From Catajapyx aquilonaris (taxonomy: Eukaryota), in the NCBI GenBank assembly GCA_000934665.2, contig KZ539141.1, forward strand, positions 1 through 32,346: 32,346 bases of DNA, written 5' to 3'. Both the position numbers and the translations under genes were made by a program. Within the stretch, counting starts at the first letter, position 1; every line of letters begins with the position of its first letter. Under the pieces are notes generated by a model. The model had not been told where the DNA came from and did not search any database. It worked only from the letters and a program-made list of their open reading frames with translations. Positions 1 through 11,582 of the stretch are shown here, piece by piece.

Positions 1-921
1 AGGGCGAACAAAAAATGTCACTGAAAAATAGCCAGTGTCATTCGTCATCATTTCGACAGTGGTACTTCGTGTAATTTTTCCGTAATAATCGGAGACCTAG
101 CCCTGACAGCCTCCGCCTGATTTGAAATGGAACCACCCTAATACATGTTTCATGTGTGAAATTGTCTCCTCTTTCCGACAAAAATAGTCACTTTCTGATA
201 GCTGTGCAAATTCATGTCGAAATGCGACATTTTTGCAAACAAATGACATTTTCAAAAAAAGAGCCAAAGTCAAATGTCATCACATTGATATCAAAATACA
301 CCTCACAGTGTCCTCTATCAGTGGTACAAACGGAATTTTGGAATACGAAATGGTTACGGAGCTATAGGTACTGACCTGGAGCCCTGCCATCAGCGCTATA
401 GTGGCCACGCCACTGAATGAAAATGAGCGGCCCACCTAGGTCCGTCTTCATGTCTCAGGTAGTGTACGCTTGTCCTTTGTGTTTAATTCACTTAATAATA
501 TATTTCAAAAAAAATTTACCATAGGATAGTAAGAATAAATGAAAATTCCCTTGTCATGTTCAACTCAAGTTTCACAAGTGTCAAGTGCCGCGATTTATTC
601 ATTTGACATGACCTTGCTGCATCACTCCAAAGTGTGTCCCGAGTTTTCCCGGGAATAAAAAGTTCACACTCCTGGCTCATTTTTCTATGTCACAAAATAG
701 TTTAAATGTTTTGAAATACGAGGGCGGTTCAATAATATTTATCTACCCGAGTATGAAAGCGTGGAGGTGCAAGTCCTTAATGCGAAAATATTTTACACTA
801 TAATTATTACTGCACGCTTAATAAGATTTTATCGGATATCATCCGGGCATATATTGCATGTAATTTTTCATATGATTACCCCCCTTCCCCCACCCACTTC
901 CCTCCTCCCCCNNNNNNNNNN

Positions 922-960
<39 letters not shown>

Positions 961-1170
961 CCGGAAATGGGCCTTTCCGATGTTTCAAGATGGCCGCTTC
1001 CAGAGAGCGTCCAACTACGTGACCCTCAATTTGCTCGCAGTTTTTATTTTCATTTCTCTCTCTCTTTCTTCGGACAGGAAACTAAGACTTGGAGCGATGG
1101 TCTTATGAGAGGTTTTCCTTGCACTCAGGCGAACAAAGGTTTTGAGAAACATACCTCAGGAACAACAAAT

Positions 1171-3715
1171 ATGACCATGTCCCAACTAGACATTAGGCAG
1201 CTTTTCAACTACAGCAGGTGAGGAGGAGGGGGAAAAAAATGCTTTGTTCTCACCATTTTGGGCAGTTTATTTAATATTTAATCGAATAATTAGATTGCTG
1301 TTTGCATAGTACATGTGTTGTACAGCTTATTTGCATGTTTTTTTTTCCCGCTAGATTGCCGGACGGATGGCGTAGGCTCCCGCTGCTGCTGTACGCTCCG
1401 CTGGGTCTAGTGCTGTCTGTCATCCGGCTGTTCATCGGTCTTCAGGCGCTTCTGGCCGCCACCGTTCTCTCGCCATGCGGTCCACTACGCAGGTGCGTGC
1501 GCCGCATTTTCACGACTAATCAGACGTTCAACTAATATGTGAAAGAAAGTAGCGTAAACGAAAAATGAAATTACGACACACAAGTTAACATGTTGAGAAT
1601 GATTTTTATTGATACTGTAAGCTCCCGACAAAAAGGCCTGTTTGGCCCATAAAGCAGTAGATAAGAAATATAAATTATGCTGGAATTTCCCCAAAAAAGG
1701 CATGTTTGGCCCATAAAGGGGCAAATATATATTTAAGTAAGCCATCAGTGTGCCACTCTCAGTAGTCTGAAAGTGGGTTAGGTAGCCCAGACAAACATAT
1801 AGACAAACTTTCTGCTTTATATACAAAGATGTAGTTCGTTGTGTACATATTAGCTAAAGTTGGTCAGCGACTACCAGTTAACCGGTCCTTACGTTACAGT
1901 GCGGCGTTACGTGTGATGGCGTTCGTTTTGGGTATGGTTGTGCACTGCGAGTCTGGCAGTCCGAATCCCAGAGCCAAGTTGTTCCTGGCCAATCATGTAA
2001 CCGCATTGGATTCAGTTGCGCTTCATCTTCTAACAGGATGCAGTGCGGTAAGCTCAATTCCAATGAATTTATCATCATCTTCACATATTTCTCTATAAGG
2101 GGTAGTTAGCGAATAACGAAAAGATCCTCGTTACCCGCACATGAATAATTATTTTGATGTTCAACTTCTTTCCGTAATGTTTTCAGATGTCGGAACCAGA
2201 TGAACCATCAGGAGTGAGCCGATCATTTGGTTTCCATCCTGGAAGGCGAGTTGCCAAGCAGACTATCCAGTCAAGTGTACTTCCCATTGTAGTTTTTCCA
2301 GAGGGCTCTACAACTAGTGGAAATTCTGCTCTGCTCAGGTAATGTTTGTCGAACCCCTTTTTCTGAACTGCAGGAGTATACATTTCATTTGTACATGAAA
2401 AAGGTTCTCCTCATGGCCACTCGAAAACGATGCGATGATCCAGCCTGTGTGTCTCCGAGTGTGGCGTCCACCGCCGTCACTCAATCCATCTGTGTTGGGA
2501 TCAACATGGTGGGGAGACCTGTTTGCGTTGCTCTTCAGCCCTGTCACAGTCTATGGATTCAGGTCAGTCACATCTATTGACCTTCAAACGCATTCTTGGT
2601 GGGTCAGTGTGCTTTTCTGGCCTGTATCCATTCTTCGGTCTCTTGTTATTGTCAGTTGGCACTAATTTTTTTTGGACATGTTTTGCTTCAGAAAGTATCG
2701 GCGGTGCAATATGCTGACCTTCAAATGTATTCTTAATGGGTCAGTGTGCTGTACAGGGTTTCGATTTAAAATTAGCGGCTGGCTTGTTGGGTTGTGTCCA
2801 AAGTTGATGCCTCGTAGATCTTACAGGCATGTGTTTTCTTAAGGAAGGATCATACACGTAAAATTTCAAAAACCGAGAGATCCTAACCAATTTGTTGTGA
2901 TAGAAGACATCAGGACATCACGTAAGACACGCTTTATTGCAGGTTCCTTCCAGAAGTCGAGGTTCCTGTACGGAGTGGCGATTCCGAAGAAACCTCAGTA
3001 TTGGACACGTTGGCCAAAAAGATCCAGTGCGACATGGCTCAGGAGCTCAAAATTGCTGCCACTTCACATACAGATGCTGACAAGGTACCCTTTACATTAT
3101 TAAAGCTATTTGTAAAATTTCTGACACTCGTGCTTTGCAGAAGGAACTTCTGAAGCGACTGACTCCGCCACAACCATTGTCATCCTCCACTCCTGCTCCT
3201 CGTCGTTCCTCAGTCCCCTCAACGCCACAGCACCAGCCTAAACTTCCATTGGAGTTGGGAAGACTGGCACAGCAAGTTTGCGAAGTCTTGCCGCAAGTTT
3301 CTCGAGAGGTCGTCCTTCGAGACCTTGGTAATACCATTCTTTTTATGAACCGTATCTGAGCGTGTAGCTACTAAACTGCAATTTTTCTTCTTCCGCATGA
3401 CTAGCCGTAACAGGAAGTGTGGATCTCACCATAGCGAACCTTCTGGAAATGGCCCAGAGGTCGAGTGAAGTTGACCCGACACCTCCCGTAACTTCCACCA
3501 CTCCTCCGACCCAATCAACACCTTCCCAGTCCCCCAGTTCTTCTCCATCATCCCACGCACCTACTCCCAGACTGACTTTAGACACCGCGGCCAACTCATT
3601 TGGGAGGACAGCCTGTGAACGCATGGCCTCGTTCCAGGAGAGGAAGAACCGTCTGGTGGCCAACGCCAGGCAACGATATGTCGAGAAGCATGGACTCCAG
3701 GCACAAAAGGAGTGA
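1171..3715 (+). CDS. AUP1: Ancient ubiquitous protein 1 (lipid droplet/ERAD factor), 8 coding exons, ~427 aa
   Basis: Exons 1171-1217, 1355-1492, 1900-2047, 2187-2338, 2404-2562, 2943-3084, 3141-3327, 3405-3715. All introns are GT-AG and the phases join to 1284 nt. N-terminal hydrophobic hairpin (LLLYAPLGLVLSVIRLF), acyltransferase-like motifs NHVTALD and VFPEGSTTSG..LLRFSSW, CUE domain (QVCEVLPQVSREVVLRDLAVTGSVDLTIANLLE), C-terminal G2BR (SFGRTACERMASFQERKNRLVANARQRY). Confidence 0.95.
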
Positions 3716-4126
3716 TTGTTCCCCCCCGGCCCGCCAATCGCAATATGATTCGAACAATTTTTTTTAGAACATCATAAAAAAATTTACCGGTATTTATATA
3801 CAGCGTTGTCTTTTAATCCCCCCCTGCCAGGATTTCTTTTCTTATGAAGAGAAATAAAGACAAAAAAAGTTACCAGTTAAGTGCATTTTTATGAGACCAT
3901 AACCAGTTTCAGTCACAAAAATTGATTAAAAAGTTGTCCACTTTGGCATCCAAGTACACATTTCATTTTACCATTTAAAAAAAAAAAACATAATTAGAGT
4001 AAACCATGCCGACTTCAAACCCATTGGGACTGGGCCCTAAATGGAAGCTAGAGTTAAAGTTAAGGAGGGGGAGGGTTTCGCTTTGATACTGTGTCGTGTA
4101 ATACCTTCTCCAGTTTCGTATTGTGT

Positions 4127-7100
4127 TCAATCTAGCAGCTCCACATAGTTGGCAGGGAACAATCCGTATGAACCATCAGGCGCCAGTCCCTGCCACCAAC
4201 CCTCGTCAATTTGATCCACATGTGTAATTAAGTCGCCAGGATCAAATGATATTTCTGTCTCATCCGCTGTAAAATGAACGCACATTGCTACAAATGAAAC
4301 ATGAACAGTCAGCAAAACGTACCTGCTTGATAGTCGTACAGAGCCCTTGCACTCAGTCCCAACGTCTCAGTCTCCTCCTCCAGCATCTTCTCCACTGAAG
4401 CTATAGTCAAAGGAGCCTGTGGCGGCTGCTGCGGAACCGGCTGTGGTTGCCTTGCAGGTGACGCTTGCAGTTCAACCACTTTCGGCGACTGCTGTTGGAT
4501 CACCGGATGCTCCATCACTTTCGGAACGACAGGTGGTTCCTCAACTGGCTCTTGAATGACTTGTGCAGGTTCGGCTGGAGAACAACATTTGATTATCATC
4601 TTAGCAAGTGTGTAGTTTTCTCTAATAACAACCGACCTCTGCATGGCTTTACGGGCTCCTCCTTCCTTCCGTTGATCTCTCCGTTGTTGTTGGCTACCAC
4701 TGCTGGTGCTACTCCCACCGCAGCCTGCCCCTGGCTGCTTCTCCTCTGCGCCATCTGCCCTGCGCTAGTATTCCTTTCGAAGAATCCGGCCCTGTCGTCC
4801 ACTAGCGCCCTGCCCCCAATGGCCCGTTGGACTTCCTTCACTCTTTCCCTCCTCATTTCCTCGCCTTTGGTTCGCCTTCCTCTCTCCTCCGCTTCCTCCT
4901 CTTCCTTCTGTCGCTCCCATCTTTTCTTCTCTTCCTCTCCCACTTCACTCAGTCGCCTCTGGGCTGCTACCCTTTCCGCCTGGAATGCTTCGGATGCCCT
5001 CCTGTCAAACACTGCATTCCTCTGCTCACGACGCATTGACTCGTCAGCCTCCCTAGCCCTCGTCTCCTCCTCGAACTTCCGACGCTCTTCTCCTCTCCTC
5101 TTTGCTTCGGCCTCCTGACGCAGCTTCTCCTCCCTCTCCTCCTGCTCCCAGAAACGATCACGAGCGGCAGCATCAATCTCCTTCGCAGCTTCAACACGCT
5201 TGTATGTGGTGCCCTGAAAACAGATTTATTAAAAATAATATTCATATGGTCCACAACAGTACGTTTCATTTACACAGTCACAAATTTTTGTGAATTAATT
5301 TAACTGCTTTTCTAACTCTCAAAATTTTTGAGAAATATTAATGAACAGTTTCAAAGTAACCTGTATAAAAATATATTATTAAATCTTACAATATGGTGCT
5401 TCAATATGATAGCACCCGCACTTTATCCGGATATAATCAGGCGATTGTGATAACAGATGTTTGCAAATGGTGTGACCGACATGCCTAGAACAAATACTCT
5501 GCATATGATGACGATACTTCGACTTAAAAATAGGCAGTTATCAGGCGACACAGCCTTGTGCAATATCCTTCATGCAAAGTATGCTGACTTCAATGAGTCA
5601 TACAACATTTTCTCATATATGCAACGAACAAATCCCGCTTGTAAATTATGTGAAAGTGCTTTTAATGCATTTCTTCTGGCACAAATTGCACCCAGGTCCG
5701 TGAGTTCTACATATCCACTCACATGGAAGAACCAACAAATTACTCCTTCAGGTCAAGGCGGGTAAATTACATGACGGTACAGAAGCAAGGACTCGTACCA
5801 ATTCTACGTACAGATATTGGTGTCAAATCAATAAAATGACTGGTGCATTATGAGGTTTGCTGCTGGTTAATTATTAATGGCTGCTACTTTTGTCATATGT
5901 AGGTCAAGTCAATAGTACATATCCACAAACAGAAGGTAGCCTTTCATTGCAGAGAATAAGGCTTTGTTATACGGGAGCTGATATTACGTGACTAATTTTG
6001 TGTAAAATTACCTTCCCTTAGAACAGAACTATACTCACCACGGGCCCAGCCTGCGGCATGTCCCCCCTGGCTGAGAAATTGTAGTTGGTCCCCGTGGCCT
6101 TGGCCACCTTGGACAGGATGATGTCCGGCTCCACCTCGTCCTCCGTCCTGGCGTTCAGGGTGAGCTGGTTCCTGAGCAGGGCGGAGATGTCCCTCACGTG
6201 GTTGGTGCACATCCCCTTCCGCCCGGACGGGGCTCCCTCCCCCTGCCAGTTGATCAGCACCATCCTGGGCAGCCCGCTCTGGGGGTCCAGCACTCGGCAA
6301 AACGCGTACATTATCTTGCCGCTGCTCAGCTCCTCCTGCATCTCTTCCAAACCACCATCTGACAGTCATTATATGGATCATCATCATCATCATCATCATC
6401 GATTCATATGAATTATTAGTTATTCTTAATTATTATTTACTCTACATTATTGGTTATTATGAACTATTAGCTATTCTGTGTTATTGGTTATGAACTAGTA
6501 GTTATTTTTTAATTATTGGTTATTACGAACTATTAGTTATCTTGAATTATTGATTATGAACTCTTATTCTGAATTATTGGTTATTACGAACTATTAGTTA
6601 TTCTGAATTACTGGTTATTACGAACTATTAGTTATTCTGAATTACTGGTTATGAACTATTAGTAATTAGTTATTCTGAATTATTGGTTGGTGGAATTATT
6701 ATTTTTTAAATAGTTATTCTGAATTCCAAATCATATGAATTATTGGTATTGGCTATTATACACTATTGGTAATTTGCATTATTGGCTATTGTACAGTATT
6801 AGTTATTATACATTATCAGGTATTTGAATTATCAGCTATCATATATTAATCATTTTTTTGCATTATTAGCTATTACAACTTATAAGTAGCTATTGCTGAG
6901 TTATTGAGTATTATTATTAGTTATGTTGAATTATCAGTTATTACAGCTAGTTATTCAGAATTATTATTATTATTGTTGTTATTATTAGTTGAATTATCAG
7001 TTATTACAATTTATTATAACCAGTTATTCAGAATTAATACCATCATCATCATCATAGGTAAATGTCATGATGTTGATGATGATGATTATTATTATTATTA

Positions 7101-7551
7101 AGCAAACTTGACCCATTCCCAGGGTATGAGACTGGTTATTGAGTATTATAACACTAGTTATTTTGCACTGTCAGTTATTACAACTTATTGTAACTAGTAT
7201 TATTCTTCATTATTGTGTATTATAATTAAGCAAACTGGATAGCCATAAATTCCAGGATGTGAGACCTGGTGAGACACTGACCTCCTTTGGCAACGACTTT
7301 GAGGTCATTGGTCTGTCCTTCGTATCCGAAGACGGCCCTGAAATGGACATGGAATATAATCTAGGAGGATTCCTTGCTTCTTATTTCGGCAGTGCAGTTG
7401 TCAAAGAATGGAAATCCATAACAGTATGATTCCCTGGCAAAGAGAGCCGAGTCATCAGCCAAACAGACCAGTCCGTGGGCGTCTTGTCGTCGACCACCTC
7501 CTTCCATGCCCCTTGGATGGCCTCCCTGTTCTTGTCCAGATTCACAGCCAT
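4127..7551 (-). CDS. DBNL: Drebrin-like protein / actin-binding protein 1 (ADF-H, charged helix, SH3), 6 coding exons, ~475 aa
   Basis: Exons 7551-7469, 7337-7282, 6358-6039, 5213-4637, 4574-4323, 4266-4127 (1428 nt, in frame). ADF-H start [66 protein letters not shown], then [10 protein letters not shown]...RDRFW, and C-terminal SH3 [21 protein letters not shown]...GWWQG...[12 protein letters not shown]. Confidence 0.95.
6378..7230. repeat. AT-rich degenerate minisatellite (~30-32 bp unit) plus (CAT)n microsatellite in DBNL intron 2
   Basis: Repeated GAACTATTAGTTATTCTGAATTA(C/T)TGGTTATTAC units are best preserved at 6520-6690; (CAT)7 at ~6378-6399. Confidence 0.85.
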
Positions 7552-7699
7552 GGCCTCCTCCTCCAGCCCTGCATCAACTGGAATGCCGTCTTCTACAGAC
7601 CGGCTGAGCCAGGCACAGGCAGGAAGGAGGTGAAACCGCCTGCGATAAAGTAAAGGAAGGGGGTGACCGACCCTTATCTTCTTCTTCTCTCGACTAGGT

Positions 7700-8230
7700 A
7701 GCCTGTCAGTTGTAGGGCCGTCGGCTTATCCCCACCGGGCTTCCACACACATTCGGACAGGTGGAGCCAAGGTCAGGGGAGTGGGGACCCAATGGGGGCT
7801 GACATATTGGGACTCGGACTCACGGGATTGGTCCGTAACCCATTTGGATCCAAAATGGCCGACGGACAACAACAACCTGATTGGCCAGCCTACGGTGTTC
7901 CAACGTGGCGCGGAAGCAGCGGGGGTATCTAAGGGCTATTTTGAAAGTAGCGACTTTGGGGGGCGATTGGAACAAATATGCCGTTAATTGCTATATGTAA
8001 TTAATGGTCCTGCGATCCAACTGATGGTGGTAGTCACCGGGCTGCAGCTGACACTGGTTCTCATACATGTCATTTTTTATTTAACACATCGCACATACAG
8101 TGAAGGCGGCAAATAACTAGTTTAAAAACACAGCTCTTCATGCTGCACTAGTGGCGATCTTGTAAGTAACAGCGATTAGTGTCCCCCCTCACCGTTCGCG
8201 AAACGCTGCATGCGAACTGAACGCACCCGG
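7700..8230. promoter_or_regulatory. Divergent promoter region DBNL / PCGF3 with clustered CCAAT boxes
   Basis: Head-to-head genes; ATTGG at 7806, 7827, 7880 and 7966, and CCAAT at ~7789. Boundaries are approximate. Confidence 0.5.
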
Positions 8231-8505
8231 TCCACTCTCTCTCCCCCGTTCGCAATTTTTTTTTCCCCCTCTCCACTTTTTATTCCCCTTTTTTTATATT
8301 TTCCTCTCTCTCTCTCTCTCTCTTTGGCTGCTTCCCCCTTCCGTTGTATGTGTCGCCCCCACAGCGAGAAGAAGAGGAAGGCAGCAGCAATGGCGATGGA
8401 TTGACTCGGCGGAGACGGTCTCCGGCCAGACTGGGACCGACCCCTCTACCCCTCCCTCTGACCCTCTCCCTCACCCTCACCCAACTGGGACTACTGCAGA
8501 GGAAG
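8230..8505 (+). other. Probable non-coding first exon (5' UTR) of PCGF3; 5' limit approximate
   Basis: Strong donor AAG|GTAATT at 8505/8506 and acceptor TTTCTCGCAAG at 9060, 13 nt before the PCGF3 ATG. The upstream sequence is pyrimidine-rich and CpG-containing. Confidence 0.55.
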
Positions 8506-9073
8506 GTAATTATTAAAAAATCTAACTTAGGGAGGCTCTCATTAAGATCACTGCAGTAGTGTACTCCACATGACCCAACCGTTGGACGCACTTGGGGTCA
8601 AACGGTGGCCGCTCCGTTACCATTTTTTTGGCTTTTTAAAAATGTGTCGGATACGACACATGTGAGCGGACATGGGTCGAGTGGATTTTGTTGTGTCATA
8701 ATTTTTTTGTGATTGATGTTAGTAGGTTAGCGGCTTTTGAGAAGCTGGCATGGCAAGCAATAAGTCATTGACTGCTAAAGGAAGAGAGGATTCTGTTGGA
8801 AATATTGCAGTCTATCTACACCAGAGGTACACTAAAGTTACGTCTGTTTTTAAGAGTGTGGTCGTGTTGTTTCAATAAGCTTCAATCGTTGCATTTATTG
8901 ACAAATTTAAAAATTAAATACAGTTGAAAATCCGGATATAACAACCTTAAAGGGACCACATTGCCACTTTTTGCAATATTTATAATGGATTCACAGTGAA
9001 ATCAAGCGTCTTTTGGATGACCTTGACCAAATTTTCTAACTACATTTTGTTTCTCGCAAGGTGTGAGGAGACA

Positions 9074-10166
<1,093 letters not shown>

Positions 10167-11059
10167 CCCAGACAAACGAAAAAACGAAAACATCACATCC
10201 TGGATTGTGAAAATTCACGTCATTTTTTTTTTTAATGTTGCAAAAAAGAGTTCAAGTGTCCTTCCCTCCTAAGATTTTTACTCCACATCCCCAAAGAGAA
10301 GGATAATTGACCGTAAGCAAACAAAACAATATGAAAAATCATAATATGCGACGTGGTATTTTAAAATCTGTGTTCCCGGTGCCGGCAGAATGGGGAGGGT
10401 TAAAAAGCGGGGGGGTTAGACGTTGCACTTCATGGTTAAACGATGAATTTATAACGCATTTTTTCACCTATTTCTTTGCCCCGGTTTTGTGGTTATTGTC
10501 AGTTGCACTCATGGATTATTCATTCACCAGCGTGAGAGTAAGTGTGTGCGTGTGTATTTCTGTGCAAATGAAGAAACTCTTCATCTTATTTAAGTTGTGG
10601 TGCTCAACCAAAACTAAAAAAACTTTTAAAAAAAAGCAAGCGTATGTTTCAGCAAGTGAAGGCTCCATCCAATCAGTTATATTTTTTTTTTCGTTCGTGA
10701 AACTCCAATAGCTTAGCCGTATTTGAGAAAAAACTGCCAATATGTATTGTGCTAATTTATGTGTTGCCGGGTGTTTTGGCAATATTAATGCAGTTTTTTG
10801 CACACTGGTGAGGAAGAAGGTATTTCGTACAAATTGCACTCAGAAGAGAAGAAGAAGAAAAAAAAAATCATTTCACCCCTTTTCTGTTTTCTCTTTCAAA
10901 AAAAATGTCATAGGTGTTAATAAATCTATTTTGAGCAATTTACATATTGGATTTATTTTTTTCACGCGTACGAAACTTCCTTCAGGTCAATTTGAAGGGT
11001 TTTAATTCATTTCCTGAATAATTTAATCCAGTTCATTTACAGCGCCATTATTTTCAGTA

Positions 11060-11080
11060 TATTATTATTATAGCTTTATA

Positions 11081-11131
<51 letters not shown>

Positions 11132-11310
11132 CTATTTTTAATTTATTTATTATTTATTTTTTATCTATTTTTATTTTTTATTTTTTTATTTTTAATTTAT
11201 TATTTATTATTATAATTATAATTATTAGTTTTTAAATTTTAATTTATTAATTATTTTTTATTTTTTTTTATTTAATTTATTTATTATTATTATGTATTAT
11301 TTTTTTATTT

Positions 11311-11341
<31 letters not shown>

Positions 11342-11352
11342 TATTATTTTTA

Positions 11353-11433
<81 letters not shown>
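11060..11433. repeat. (TTA)n microsatellite / AT low-complexity tract between PCGF3 and R3HCC1L
   Basis: Long pure and degenerate TTA runs are directly visible. Confidence 0.95.
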
Positions 11434-11582
11434 GCTTCAGCTTGTTCCCACCAGTTGTCGCTACTGTCCAAGTCCCGATAACGACGTGCTTCATTTTTTC
11501 CTAACGAGATGTCGCCACTATCCTAATCGACCTCAACGCCACCTGTCCGCTTATTGTCGAACCTCCTTTTTCAGAATCGAAG

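Noticed and set aside
717..740. Mariner-like terminal sequence TACGAGGGCGGTTCAATAA
   Set aside because: No matching opposite end or transposase is visible; it is near an assembly gap.
3085..3140. U12-type intron (donor GTACCCTTT)
   Set aside because: It mismatches the near-invariant GTATCCT and has no CCTTAAC branch site; a U2-type CTGAC is present.
4465..5118. 217-aa plus-strand ORF
   Set aside because: Antisense shadow of the Glu/Arg-rich DBNL exon.
5504..5587. C/D box snoRNA (ATGATGA...CTGA)
   Set aside because: It is antisense to the host DBNL intron, has no terminal stem and no recognisable rRNA guide.
11292..11504. Poly-Leu / poly-Asn ORFs
   Set aside because: Translations of the (TTA)n microsatellite.
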